From contig CAWGHO010000003.1 of the NCBI GenBank assembly GCA_963822445.1, positions 1,472,001-1,536,000 on the forward strand: DNA of 64,000 nt, read 5' to 3'. Shown here in pieces: positions 1 to 10,920 of this stretch. Every line of letters starts with the position of its first letter. Within the stretch, counting starts at the first letter, position 1. Origin of the DNA: an uncultured Acidobacteriota bacterium (GTDB lineage Bacteria; Acidobacteriota; Thermoanaerobaculia; Gp7-AA8). Both the position numbers and the translations under genes were made by a program. The notes below the pieces were generated by a model. The model had not been told where the DNA came from. It worked only from the letters and a program-made list of their open reading frames with translations, and made no database searches.

Positions 1-1023
1 TCCACCGTTCCGACGAACACCTACGGAACGAGCAACGGCACGTCGATGGCTGCGCCGGCGGTCACGGGCATCTCCGCGCTGCTCATCGAGCAGTGGCGCA
101 AGGTCTTTGTCAGCGACCCGAATCCGGTCCAGCTCAAGGCCCTCATCATCGCCGGCGCGGACGACCTCGGAAATCCCGGGCCGGATTACACGTACGGCTT
201 CGGACTGGTGAACGCGAAGAATTCAGCGGACCTCATCATCGGCGATGCAGGCTCGGGCAAGCGCATCCGCAACATCAGTGTGGGCAACGGGCAGGAGACT
301 CAGATTCCGATCGTGCTCGACGCCGCGCAGAACCTGCGGGTGGTCCTGCAGTGGGGAGATCCGTCGATTCCGCTCGTCAACGAATTCGTCGCGGACAAGG
401 CTCTGGTCAACGACCTGGACATGAAGATCGTCGGTCCGACCGGCACGGTTCACCTGCCGTACGTTCTCGACAAGGCCAACTTCAACGCCAACGCGACGAC
501 CGGCGTCAATACCGTCGACAACACCGAGCAGATCGAGATCAAGAACGCCGCGCCCGGCGTTTACCGCGTGTCCGTCAACGGCCGCAACGTTCCGCAAGGC
601 CCGCAGAACGCGGTCGTGATCTCGACCGCACGCACCGCCGCGCCCTGCCTCGATCTGACCGAGTCTTCGAACGACGGAGGTTACGGTCCGATCGTCACCG
701 GCCAGACCATCCACGCCGCGCTCTGTTCGTCCAGCGACCGCGACATCTTCCGGTTCGTGGCGATGCCCGGCGACGTGCGCGTGACCTTCACGACCGGCGA
801 CACCGCGATCAGCGCGACGCTGATCAACGAAACGACGAAGGCGACCTCCACCGTCTCGATTCCGGCGAATAGCACCCACACCTTCTCGGAACGAGCGACG
901 GGCGGGGAGACGACCTTCACCGTCGAGGTGCAGTCACTCGGAACGCTCGGCGCCGAGCCGTTCTACCGCTTCACCCCGCAGTTCATCGCGCCGAGCGCGC
1001 CGCGGCGGCGGTCGGTGCGGTAG
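1..1023 (+). CDS. S8 (subtilisin-like) serine protease, C-terminal part (5' end outside window), with beta-sandwich tail domains and terminal RRRSVR
   Basis: Frame 1 is open from base 1: NGTSMAAPAVTG catalytic-Ser motif, LKALII, YGFGLVNA, LVNDLD, DNTEQI; ends APRRRSVR*. Confidence 0.9.
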   Translation, partial: STVPTNTYGTSNGTSMAAPAVTGISALLIEQWRKVFVSDPNPVQLKALIIAGADDLGNPGPDYTYGFGLVNAKNSADLIIGDAGSGKRIRNISVGNGQETQIPIVLDAAQNLRVVLQWGDPSIPLVNEFVADKALVNDLDMKIVGPTGTVHLPYVLDKANFNANATTGVNTVDNTEQIEIKNAAPGVYRVSVNGRNVPQGPQNAVVISTARTAAPCLDLTESSNDGGYGPIVTGQTIHAALCSSSDRDIFRFVAMPGDVRVTFTTGDTAISATLINETTKATSTVSIPANSTHTFSERATGGETTFTVEVQSLGTLGAEPFYRFTPQFIAPSAPRRRSVR

Positions 1024-1043
1024 TTTCCGGTACATTGTTCGTC

Positions 1044-1259
1044 ATGCCCGAGCGCGTCATTCACTCCGATCCTGAGATTCTCGGCGGAACTCCCGTTTTC
1101 GTCGGAACTCGGGTACCCCTGCAAGCCCTGATCGATTATCTGGAAGGCGGGCACCCTCTGGCAGAGTTCCTCGACGACTTTCCCACCGTCAGTCGAGAGC
1201 AGGCGGTTGCCGCGCTCGAGCAGGCGAAGGAACTGCTGGTTGCGCATTCTGCTGGATGA
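1044..1259 (+). CDS. DUF433-family antitoxin
   Basis: IHSDPEILGGTPVFVGTRVP..LIDYL..G....EFLDDFPTV signature; overlaps the downstream PIN gene. Confidence 0.88.
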   Translation: MPERVIHSDPEILGGTPVFVGTRVPLQALIDYLEGGHPLAEFLDDFPTVSREQAVAALEQAKELLVAHSAG

Positions 1260-1557
1260 GTGCGTTCCGCGCGGATTGAAGCGGAGCCTGGCCGGACACG
1301 AGGTCGTAACGGTTCCCGAGGCCGGGTTCGCAGGGCTCGAGAACGGTCAGCTCCTCCGCGCTGCCGATGGTAGGTTCGACGTGCTCATCACCACGGACAA
1401 GAGTATTCAGTATCAGCAGCACCTGGCCGCGTATTCGATAGCGTTTGTTCTTCTTCGCGCTCGTAGCAACGACATCAACGATCTCGAACCTCTCGTGCGA
1501 GAGTTGCTTCCCCAACTGACGGCGCTCGCTCCCGGCAAGTTGATCGTTGTTCAGTGA
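1240..1557 (+). CDS. DUF5615/PIN-like toxin
   Basis: TTG start then RILLDECVP, FDVLITTDK; typical partner of DUF433. Confidence 0.85.
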   Translation: MRILLDECVPRGLKRSLAGHEVVTVPEAGFAGLENGQLLRAADGRFDVLITTDKSIQYQQHLAAYSIAFVLLRARSNDINDLEPLVRELLPQLTALAPGKLIVVQ

Positions 1558-1596
1558 ACCTCGCCCCCGCTCCACTCCACTACAATGCGCGCCGCT

Positions 1597-2388
1597 ATGG
1601 CGGCGTACAAAACACTCACTCTCGAGCATGCCGACGACGTGCTCACGGTCACCCTCAACCGGCCGGAAGTTCACAACGCGTTCAACGACGAGCTGATCGC
1701 CGAGGCCATCGACCTCTTCTCGAACATCGACGCTGAGGCCACGCGCGTGGTCGTGCTGAAAGGCACGGGCAAGAACTTCTGCGCGGGCGCGGACCTCAAC
1801 TGGATGTCGCGGATGGTCAGTTACACGCGCGAGGAGAACGTCCGCGATTCGTCGAAGCTGGCGAAGATGTACCAGCTCATGAACGAATGCCCGGTGCCGC
1901 TGGTCGGGCGCATCCATGGCGCGGCGATCGGCGGCGGCGTCGGACTGGTCTCCGTCTGCGACATCGCAGTCGCCCTCGAAGGAACGCAATTCGGGCTGTC
2001 GGAAGTGAAGCTGGGGATTCTCCCCGCCGTAATCTCGCCGTATGTCATCGCCAAGATCGGCGAGACGCACGCGCGGGCGTTGTTCCTCACCGGCGAGCGG
2101 TTCGACACCGAGCGCGCGTTGCGCATCGGGCTGGTGCATCGCGTGGTCGACACGGTCGAAGCGCTGGACGCGGCGGTTTACGAGACCGTCACGCAGCTCA
2201 AGACGTCGGGTCCCGAGGCGGTGCGGGAGTGCAAGAAGCTGATCGCGCACGTCAAGTCGCACGAGCTCGCCGACGCCATCGGCTTCACCATCGAAGCGAT
2301 CGCCACCCGCCGCACCTCGGAAGAGGGGCAGGAGGGGATGAAGGCGTTCCTCAACAAAGGTCTGGCCTCTTGGATATCGAAAAATTAG
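1597..2388 (+). CDS. Enoyl-CoA hydratase family, methylglutaconyl-CoA hydratase-like
   Basis: LNRPEVHNAFN, FCAGADLNWM, GAAIGGGVGL, FGLSEVKLGILPAVISPYV; adjacent to a biotin carboxylase. Confidence 0.9.
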   Translation: MAAYKTLTLEHADDVLTVTLNRPEVHNAFNDELIAEAIDLFSNIDAEATRVVVLKGTGKNFCAGADLNWMSRMVSYTREENVRDSSKLAKMYQLMNECPVPLVGRIHGAAIGGGVGLVSVCDIAVALEGTQFGLSEVKLGILPAVISPYVIAKIGETHARALFLTGERFDTERALRIGLVHRVVDTVEALDAAVYETVTQLKTSGPEAVRECKKLIAHVKSHELADAIGFTIEAIATRRTSEEGQEGMKAFLNKGLASWISKN

Positions 2389-3889
2389 TTGTCCCCAATC
2401 GCGGCGAGATCGCGGTGCGCATCGCCCGCGCCTGCCGGGAGATGGGCATCGCTTCCGTGCTCGCTCACGCGGACGATGACGACATCCGCTACATCCGCCG
2501 TTTCTTCGACGAGACGATCTCGCTCGGCAAGTCGTACCTCGACGTCGCCAGGGTGATCGACGCCGCGCGGAAGTCGGGCGCGACCGCTCTTCATCCCGGC
2601 TACGGCTTTCTTTCCGAGCGGGCCGAGCTCGCGGCAGCCTGCGAAGAGAGCGGGATCATCTTCGTCGGACCGAAATCGTCGTCGATTGCGGCGATGGGCT
2701 CGAAGGCCGACTCGCGCCGCCTGATGCAGTCGCACGGCGTGCCGGTGGTCCCGGGTTACGACGGCGAGGATCAGGCGCTGGAAACGCTGACGCGCGAAGC
2801 GGAGAAAGTCGGATTCCCGCTGCTGGTCAAAGCGTCCGCGGGCGGCGGCGGGAAGGGGATGAAGATCGTTCGCGCACGCGAAGAGCTTCGTCCGGCGATC
2901 GAGTCCGCGCAGCGCGAGGCCATGAAGGCGTTCGGCGACGACCGCCTGCTACTCGAGCGCTACATCGAAGAGCCGCGGCACGTCGAGTTCCAGGTCTTCG
3001 GCGACACGCACGGCAACATCGTTCATCTCTTCGAGCGTGATTGCTCGATCCAGCGGCGGCATCAGAAGGTGGTCGAGGAAACACCGGCGCCGCGCTACCC
3101 CGACGAGCTTCGTCAGCGTATGGCCAAGGCGGCGATCGCGGCGGCACGCGGCGTCGATTACGTCAACGCGGGCACGGTCGAGTTCATCGTCACGCCGGAA
3201 GGGGAGTTTTACTTCCTGGAGATGAACACGCGCTTGCAGGTCGAGCATCCGGTGACGGAGCTGGTGACCGGCATCGATCTCGTTCGCGCGCAGATCGACG
3301 TGGCCTCGGGCAAACCGCTTCCGTGGAAACAGGAAGAGCTCCGTCAGCGCGGACATGCCATCGAAGTTCGCGTGTACGCCGAAGATCCGGATGATCGGTT
3401 TCTGCCGCAGAGCGGAACGATCGCCGCGTACGCCGAGCCGTCCAGCCCGGGCATTCGCGTCGATGCCGGGGTCATGCGCGGCAGCGAGATCAGCGTGAAG
3501 TTCGATCCGATGCTCGCGAAGCTCGATCTGCCTTCGCGGAGACGCGCGAAGCTGCGATCGATCGTCTTTCGCGCGCGCTCCGCGACTACGTGATTCTCGG
3601 GACGAAGACAAATGTCTCCTGGCTGCGGCGCGTCATCACCCATCCGGCATTTCGTGAAGGGCTGGTGAGCACGCGCTTCATCCCCGAGCACGAGGAGACG
3701 TTGCGGCGGGATGTGCCGGAGGTCGCGGCGATGATCGCGACGGCCATCGCCGGCGTGCCGCGGAAACGTGCAGCGGTCAGCACCGAAGCGGGGGATTCCC
3801 TCGGTGTGGGACCTGATTACCTTCCCAGGCTCTCCGGCGCCCGCACCCGTCCCGCCACTCCGCAAAGAATCAGCAGAGTGACGACGTAG
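2370..3889 (+). CDS. Biotin carboxylase subunit of an acyl-CoA carboxylase (methylcrotonyl-CoA carboxylase alpha-like), frameshifted near 3525; no biotin-carrier domain
   Basis: NRGEIAVRI, HPGYGFLSE, KASAGGGGKGM, ERDCSIQRRHQK, EMNTRLQVEHPVTE; continues in another frame as AFAETREAAIDRLSRALRDYVILG.KTN. 3' end uncertain. Confidence 0.85.
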
Positions 3890-4632
3890 GGCACGGCCAG
3901 CAGCAGGTGGAACGGCACGCCGCGGTTCGAGGCCTGCAGCGCGTACTGCAGCGCCGCGGCGAGACCGAAGATCGCCGTGCCGACCAGTGCGCCTTTCAGC
4001 TTCCAGCGGCCGAAGATCACGATCGACAGCGCGATGAAGCCGCGCCCGGCGGTCATGTTCTCGGCGAAGCCGCTCGACAATCCTAGAGAGAGAAATGCGC
4101 CGCCGAGTCCCGCGAGCAGTGCTTCGATTCCGAGGGCGAGCCAGCGATGCAACTGCACGGAATGTCCCGCGGCGAGCACGGCCTCGGGATTCTCGCCGCA
4201 TGCGCGCAGCCGCAATCCGAAGGACGTGTTCCAGAGCAGGAGCGCGAGCGCGATGGGGATGACGATCCAGGCCAGGGGCAGGATCACGTCCGGATTCAAG
4301 CGCTGCGGCGTGGCAAAGCGCGCGTTCATCTCGCGATACAGAAAGCTGGTGATGCCGACGGCGAGGAGATTGATGGCTGTCCCGGTCACAATCTGATCGG
4401 CGCGCAACGTGATCGTGAAGAAGCCGAACAGCAGCGCGACCGCGGCCGCGCCGGCAATTCCCGCCGCCGGGCCGGCGAGCACTGCGCACATCGCCGCGAC
4501 GAGCATCATCCCTTCGATGCCGAGGTTGAGGATGCCGCTGCGCTGGACGACGAGCTCGCCCTGCACCGCGAGGAGTAGCGGTGTCGACGCGAGCAGCGCC
4601 AGCGGAATCAGATCAGCGAGCTGTTCGTACAC
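3817..4632 (-). CDS. Nucleoside/sugar ABC transporter permease
   Basis: TPLLLAVQGE..QRSGILNLGIEGMM, GLRLRACGENP, AGRGFIALSIVIFGRW. Confidence 0.88.
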   Translation of the reverse strand: MYEQLADLIPLALLASTPLLLAVQGELVVQRSGILNLGIEGMMLVAAMCAVLAGPAAGIAGAAAVALLFGFFTITLRADQIVTGTAINLLAVGITSFLYREMNARFATPQRLNPDVILPLAWIVIPIALALLLWNTSFGLRLRACGENPEAVLAAGHSVQLHRWLALGIEALLAGLGGAFLSLGLSSGFAENMTAGRGFIALSIVIFGRWKLKGALVGTAIFGLAAALQYALQASNRGVPFHLLLAVPYVVTLLILCGVAGRVRAPESLGR

Positions 4633-5576
4633 GTTCGAATCCGATCAGGACGAGGATGACCACGGCCTGGCCGAATGTGGCCACCGCGGAGGAGATGTTC
4701 GCGCTTCGCTGCAGTTCGCCCGCACCGGTGACGAGCGCGCCGAAGAAGATCGCCGAAGCGATGCTGGCGAGCGGATGCAGCTGCGCGAGGAGCGCGACGG
4801 CGATTCCCGAGTAGCCGTAACCGGCGGCGAACCGCTCGAAAAGACGATGGGTGACGCCGAGGAGCTCGATGCCGCCCGCCAGTCCGGCCAGCGCGCCGGA
4901 GAGAGCCATGGCCCGGGCGATCTGCGCGTTGACGTTGATGCCGGCCCAGCGCGCGGCGAACGGGTTGAAGCCGGTCGCGCGAAGCCGCAGACCTTCGGCG
5001 GTGCGATACAGCAGCCACCAGACGGCGACGCTGGCGAAAAGGGCGATCAGCAATCCCGAATGCAGCGAGCCGATTCGCATGAGCTCCGCGCCGGCGCGAT
5101 CGCTCTGCGGATACTGCGCGACCTTCTCCTGCATCGGTCCGTTGACCGCCCAGCCGAGAAGATGGATGGCGATGAAGTTCAGAAGGATGGTCGTCAGCAC
5201 TTCCGGGCGCGTTGCGCCATAGCCGCATAGCCGTCGCGATGGACGCCCACGCCGCGCCGGCCAGCATCGACGCGAGGAGCGCCGGAATCGTTCCGTACGG
5301 CGACGCGAGAAGACCCGCCATCGCGCCGACGATGAACTGCCCTTCGGCGCCGATGTTCCAGACTCCGCCGCGGAACGCGAGCGCGACACTGAGTCCGGTG
5401 AGAAGCAGCGGAACGGTCTTGAGGAGAGTGCCCTGCATCGCGAACGGCGAGCCGACCGAGCCGCCGATGAGGATCGAAAGCAGCGTGCGAGGGGAGTGGC
5501 CGAACATCGCGCCGGCGAGGGCGAGCAGGAGCACGGCGGCGCCGGCCGCGACGATCGCCGCGGCGACGCGCTTCAC
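4613..5576 (-). CDS. Nucleoside/sugar ABC transporter permease, frameshifted near 5205
   Basis: N-half PLLLTGLSVALAFRGGVWNIGAEGQ (ORF 4608-5576) joins C-half EVLTTILLNFIA...GYGYSGIAVALLAQLHP (ORF 4613-5389). Confidence 0.82.
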
Positions 5577-6799
5577 AGGATCCCCGCCATGAGATTCGCG
5601 ATGCGCGGGATCGCTTCCTCGGCGGTCATGGGCTCGCTGAGCCGGCCGCGGTAGATCACCTGAATCGTGGCGGCGAGGGCGAAGGCTTCGTCGAGGTCGG
5701 AGGTGATGAGCGTGACCTTCGCGCCGCCATCCGCCGCGGAGCGAAGCTGTTCGTGCACGAAGGCGGTCGCGTCGAGATCGAGGCCGCGGGTCGGCTCAGC
5801 GGCGACGATGAGCCTCGGATTGCGATCCAGCTCGCGGGCGAGGATGACCTTCTGCTGATTGCCGCCCGACAACGATCCCGTCTTCTGATGCGGACCGCTC
5901 GCGCGGATCGAATAGCGCGCGATGATCTCGTTCGCGTTGTGGACGCCGCGCAACGCGAGATTCTCGGCAATGCTCATCTCCGCCACGATCCCGTCGCGGG
6001 TCCGATCCTCGGGGATGTGCGCCGCCTCCGGATGTTCATCGCGAATTCTCGCGGCAAGCTCGGTCTGACCGTTGCCGGCCACTCCGACGATTGCGGTGAT
6101 GTTGCGATGGCGAGCCGCTGCGCTCCTGCGGCGCGGTCTGAACCATCGCGCTGGCCAGTTCGACGGCGGTCGTTTCCGCGGTTTTCTTCTCGGCCACGAC
6201 ACGCCCGGCCCGCATCACCACGATGCGATCGGCGATCTCCATCACCTCGGCCAGCTTGTGGCTGATGAACACGATCGCCGTTCCGTTCATCGCAAGACGC
6301 CGAATGACAGCGAACAGCTCGCGCGACTCGGAAGGGGTGAGGACGGACGTCGGCTCGTCGAGCACGAGCGTGGCCGGCTTGCGCGCGATGGCTTTGATCA
6401 GCTCGAGCTTCGACTTCTCGCCGACCGACAGATCGCCGACGCGGCGCGACACGTCCCGCAGTTCGATGCCGCTCGCAGTGATCACGGCCGCGGCCTGACG
6501 CATCAGGCTCGCGCGACGCAGAAAGCGAAAGCCGCGATCGTTCAGCGCGAGGTTCTCGGCGATGGTCAGTTCGGAGACGAGCATGAAGTGCTGATGCACG
6601 AGCTCGACCGCGCCCGATCCTTCGACTGTGCCGCTGTCCGGCGGCGATCTCGCCCGCGGCAATGCGCATCAGCGTGGTCTTGCCCGCGCCGTTCTCGCCG
6701 ACGAGCGCGACGATCTCGCCGTCGCGCACCTCGAAGGAAACGTCGATCGACCGCGCGCGTTGCGCCGAAGGATTTGACGATGTGGGAGAGCCGGAGCAC
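5573..6799 (-). CDS. Nucleoside/sugar ABC transporter ATP-binding protein (two NBDs), several frameshifts
   Basis: Pieces in different frames: VLRLSHIVKSFG, GENGAGKTT, VHQHFML..LVLDEPTSVLTP..ISHKL, GVAGNGQTEL..IPEDR..LSGGNQQK..EPTRGLD. Confidence 0.82.
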
Positions 6800-7799
6800 T
6801 ACAGCAATCCAGAGCGGCGGTTTCGAGGCGCCGCTCTTGATGTCTCCGGTCAGCTTCTCGACCTCGGCGACCGTCGCCGGTGTGATCTGCGCCTTCAGGG
6901 CGTCGTTCCACTCGAGACGGATCGTGCCGTCGTTCATGCCGAAGTGCTGCACTTCCGGCTTGAAGCGCCCTTCCTTGACGATTCTCGCCATCTCCGCGTA
7001 CGCGCCGGCGACGTCGACGACCGCCGAGGCGACGACGACGTCCGGCGCGAGCTCGGTCTGGTTCTTGTTCGCGCCGAAACAGCGGATCTTGCGCTCGCTG
7101 CAGGCCTGGAACACGCCGCGTCCGGCCTCGTTGGCCTGATGGAAGATGAAGTCGCAGCCGGCGTTGATCAGCGAGAGCGTGGCGACTTCGCGGCGCCGAG
7201 GTCGTCGAAGTTGCCGGTGTAGATCTCGCTTCACTTCGAACTTCGGATTCACCGAGTGCGCGCCGGCTTTGAAGGCGAGGAAGCTCGAAGCGATCGAGGG
7301 GACGTTGATGCCGCCGACCAGGCCCGCTTTGCCGGTCTTCGACTCGCGCGCGGCGATGACGCCGAGGAGGTAGGTTGCTTCCTCGACCTTGAAGCTCATC
7401 GGAGCGTAGTTCGGGCCGATGGTGCTTCCCGAAGTCGTGACGAAGATCGTCTTCGGATACTCGGCGCCGGCCTTCTTCGCCGCTTCTTGGAACTCGAAGC
7501 CGTGGCCGAAGGCGAGGCTCGAATCCCTTCGCGCCGTAGGAGCGGAATCCTTCCTCGAACTCCGCCGGGGTCTTCGTCTCCTGATGCGAGATCTCGGCGC
7601 CGAGATTGCTCTTGATGCGCTGCATGCCCTCCCAGGCGATGGCGTTCCAGCCGGCGTCTTGAATCGAGCCGGGCGTGAGCAGGCCGACTTTGAATGCCGG
7701 CGCTGGTGCGGTGGTGGCGGTGACGGGTTCGGCGGTTTCCCGCCGCGACTCACATGCGGCGAGAAAGAGAAGGGCAATGGCGACCACGGCACGTTTCAT
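6799..7799 (-). CDS. BMP-family ABC substrate-binding lipoprotein, several frameshifts
   Basis: Lipobox MKRAVVAIALLFLAAC; PGSIQDAGWN, FGHGFEF, GLVGGINVP, GCDFIFHQA spread over frames; 3' end approximate. Confidence 0.8.
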
Positions 7800-7872
7800 G
7801 GCGCGGATTTTACGGGTGGACAGTCGGTAGGGGCCAGTGATACACGGAAGAGCTGCGACTGAAGGAGGATTC

Positions 7873-8073
7873 ATGGACGACATCGAACGCAACAACGACG
7901 GCGGCGACTACGAGGATGAGGACGAGCAGATCGAGCAGATGATCATCGAGAACGGCATCCTCCTGCACAGCCTGGCCGCGCTCCTGGTTCGGAAGGGCAT
8001 TCTCAAGCAGGAAGAGATCGACGCGGAGATGGATCGCCTCTACGACGAGATGGAGAATTTCGACCAGCAGTAA
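7873..8073 (+). CDS. Small acidic hypothetical protein (66 aa)
   Basis: AGGAGG RBS at 7863-7868; LAALLVRKGILKQEEID helix. Confidence 0.75.
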   Translation: MDDIERNNDGGDYEDEDEQIEQMIIENGILLHSLAALLVRKGILKQEEIDAEMDRLYDEMENFDQQ

Positions 8074-8132
8074 TTGGAATAGGGGCCACTTCAGCCTGTT
8101 TCGACCGGCAACTACTCGCCCCGGAGAAACCC

Positions 8133-9695
8133 ATGACAATCCGAAGACTTCTCACCGTGGCCATCCTGATCACGGCCGGCGCAAATGCGCTCGCGCTCTC
8201 CCCGCAGCATGAAACGTGGGGGAAGAGTGCCGTCAGTTACCTTTTCACCGAGCAGGAAGCTGCTGCCTGGAAAGCGATCAAAAGCGATAGCGACGCCGAT
8301 GCGTTCGTCGCGCTTTTCTGGGCGCGCCGCGATCCGACTCCCGACACGCCCCGCAACGAGGCTCGCGAGCTGTTCGAGCAGCGTGTGGCCTGGGCGGACG
8401 AGAACCTCAAGCAGGGGAAGAGCCGCGGCTCCATGACCGACCGTGGCAAAGCGTTCATCCTCTACGGGCAGCCGAAGCGGATGGAGCGCTCGCCCGTCGC
8501 CGCGCCGCGGATGAGCACCACGTCGAACGACATGGTCGATACCTCGAGCTGGGTGCAGTGGGTCTACGAAGGCGACGACGCGAAGAACTTCTTCGGAACG
8601 CCGCGCGCCACGATCCGCTTCGTCGATCAGATGGGCAACCAGGAGTTCCGAGTCGATCGCGGTGGAGTCGATCTCACGTCGGCCCAGAAGCGCGCCGTTG
8701 CGCGGATGATCGTCTCCCCGAATCTCACGGCGCCTCGGACGTTCGCCACCACGGCTGCTCCGGCACCCGTGGCCGCCGCTCCGGCTCCCGTGCCGGTCGC
8801 GGCCACGCCGTTGGCGGTGAACCCGCTGAGCACGGCCGCGCTGAGCACGGCCGTCTCCGAGTTCAAGGCAGCGACGGCGAATCCGTACGAGAACAAGGCC
8901 TTCGCGACCTGGGGCGAGTACGTCACGCCGCTCGGTGAGTACTACGTCCCGGTGATGCTGTACGTGCCGAAGAGCAGCGGCATCACCCCCGAGGAAAATG
9001 TCACGTTCTTCGGTGTCATCGAAGACGAGAGCGGCAAGAGCGTACTCACCTTCGAGCAGCCGGCGAGACTGCACACGGCGAAGGACGATTACTTCGTCGA
9101 CCGCTCCCTGGCACTGCCGGCCGGCAAGCACCGCGGCATTTTCGGCATCGCCCGCAACGGCCAGCCGCTGGCGATCGCCTCCACGAACATGACCCTGGCC
9201 GGCTCGCTCGACAAGGACGCCAGCGCGGTCACGCAGTTGATTCTGGCCAACTACATCGCCGCGTCGCAGACCGCGACCGAGCCGACCGAGGCGTTTTCGT
9301 TCGGCGGGGTGAAGGTCGTGCCGAAGGCGGACAAGGTCTTCAAGACCTCCGACGAGCTCTGGTTCTTCTTCTCGGTGCGCAACCCCGGCCTGGCCGAGAT
9401 GGCCGCGACGGAAGGCAGCGCAACCGGCGCGCCCGCCGAAGCGAAGCCGAAGATTCAGATGAAGATGGAAGTCGAGGGCAAGGGCACCGACGGCAAGCCG
9501 CTTCCCAAGAAGACCGCGCCGCCGCGCGAGGTCGATGCGATCGCGATGAAGGGCGTCCCCGGCCACTACGGAATCGGGAATGCCATTCCTCTCGAATCGT
9601 TCAAACCGGGCGACTACACCCTGACCCTGAAGGTGATGGATACGGTGAAAAAGACGTCCTACACGCTCACCGACTCCTTCAAAGTGGTTCAATAG
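8133..9695 (+). CDS. GWxTD domain-containing secreted protein
   Basis: Signal peptide; FWARRDPTPDTPRNE..F..RVAWAD..GSMTDRG..ILYGQP; C-terminal Ig-like PGDYTLTLKVMD. Confidence 0.85.
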   Translation: MTIRRLLTVAILITAGANALALSPQHETWGKSAVSYLFTEQEAAAWKAIKSDSDADAFVALFWARRDPTPDTPRNEARELFEQRVAWADENLKQGKSRGSMTDRGKAFILYGQPKRMERSPVAAPRMSTTSNDMVDTSSWVQWVYEGDDAKNFFGTPRATIRFVDQMGNQEFRVDRGGVDLTSAQKRAVARMIVSPNLTAPRTFATTAAPAPVAAAPAPVPVAATPLAVNPLSTAALSTAVSEFKAATANPYENKAFATWGEYVTPLGEYYVPVMLYVPKSSGITPEENVTFFGVIEDESGKSVLTFEQPARLHTAKDDYFVDRSLALPAGKHRGIFGIARNGQPLAIASTNMTLAGSLDKDASAVTQLILANYIAASQTATEPTEAFSFGGVKVVPKADKVFKTSDELWFFFSVRNPGLAEMAATEGSATGAPAEAKPKIQMKMEVEGKGTDGKPLPKKTAPPREVDAIAMKGVPGHYGIGNAIPLESFKPGDYTLTLKVMDTVKKTSYTLTDSFKVVQ

Positions 9696-9704
9696 CGAAC
9701 ACAT

Positions 9705-10907
9705 ATGCCCTTTGCGACCGTCCAGGAAGCCGCCGAGCTCTACCGCCGCGGCGAGTTCGTGATCATCGTCGACGACGAGGATCGCGAGAACGAAGGCGAT
9801 CTCTGCATCGCCGCGGAGAAGGTCACCGCGGAGAAAATCAACTTCATGGCCAAGCATGGCCGTGGGCTGATCTGCCTGGCTTTGACCGAGGAGCGGACGC
9901 ACGAGCTCGATCTGCCGTTGATGGTCGAGAACAACACGGCGACGTTCGGGACGGCCTTCACCGTCTCGATCGAAGCTCGCGGACGCGTGACCACGGGCAT
10001 CTCCGCGTTCGACCGCGCCGAGACGGTTCGCGTAGCAATGGATCCGAAGACCCGGCCGCACGATCTCGCGCGGCCGGGGCATGTCTTTCCGCTCCGTGCG
10101 CGCAAGGGCGGCGTGCTCAAACGGGCCGGGCAGACCGAGGCGTCGATCGATCTCGCGACGATCTCCGGGCTCGCGCCGGGCGCCGTGATCTGCGAGATCA
10201 TGAACGAGGACGGCACGATGGCGCGGCTTCCGGATCTCCGCGAGTTCGCCATCCTGCACGGGCTGAAGATCATCTCCGTCGCGGACATCATCAAGTACCG
10301 CATGCAGACGGAGAAGCACGTGCACTGCCTCGCCTCGCCGAAGCTTCCCACGGACTACGGCGAGTTCCGCGTGCATGCGTACAAGAGCGACATCACCGGC
10401 GAGGAGCATGTCGCGCTGGTGAAAGGGGAGATCACCGAGGATGATGAGGTCCTGGTGCGCGTCCACTCGTCGTGCCTCACCGGCGACGTTTTCCACTCCA
10501 GCCGCTGCGACTGCGGCGACCAGCTCGATCGCGCCTTTGCGCTGATCGAGAAGGAGGGGAAGGGCGTCGTGCTCTATCTCCTGCAGGAAGGCCGCGGCAT
10601 CGGCCTGGTGAACAAGCTCCGCGCGTACGAGCTGCAGGATGAAGGCGACGACACGATCGAGGCGAATGCCAAGCTCGGCTTCGCCCCCGACATCCGCGAC
10701 TACGGAACCGGCTCCCAGATCCTCCGCGACCTCGGCGTCCGCAAGATCCGCCTGATGACCAACAACCCCGCGAAGTTCGTGGCCATCGAAGGCTTCGGCC
10801 TGGAGATCGTCGCCCGCGTCCCCCTCGAGATCGCCCCGTCGCTGACGACGAGGAAGTATCTCGAGGCGAAGAAGAAGAAGCTGGGGCACATTCTGGAGCT
10901 CGTGTAG
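9705..10907 (+). CDS. ribBA: Bifunctional DHBP synthase / GTP cyclohydrolase II
   Basis: [51 protein letters not shown]. Confidence 0.97.
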   Translation: MPFATVQEAAELYRRGEFVIIVDDEDRENEGDLCIAAEKVTAEKINFMAKHGRGLICLALTEERTHELDLPLMVENNTATFGTAFTVSIEARGRVTTGISAFDRAETVRVAMDPKTRPHDLARPGHVFPLRARKGGVLKRAGQTEASIDLATISGLAPGAVICEIMNEDGTMARLPDLREFAILHGLKIISVADIIKYRMQTEKHVHCLASPKLPTDYGEFRVHAYKSDITGEEHVALVKGEITEDDEVLVRVHSSCLTGDVFHSSRCDCGDQLDRAFALIEKEGKGVVLYLLQEGRGIGLVNKLRAYELQDEGDDTIEANAKLGFAPDIRDYGTGSQILRDLGVRKIRLMTNNPAKFVAIEGFGLEIVARVPLEIAPSLTTRKYLEAKKKKLGHILELV

Positions 10908-10920
10908 CTTCGCTTCACTC

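Noticed and set aside
6566-7792. BMP-ATPase fusion or programmed frameshifting
   Set aside because: The apparent fusion arises from scattered single-base indels without slippery sites; sequence error is more parsimonious.
9696-9704. FMN riboswitch before ribBA
   Set aside because: Only 9 nt of intergenic space.
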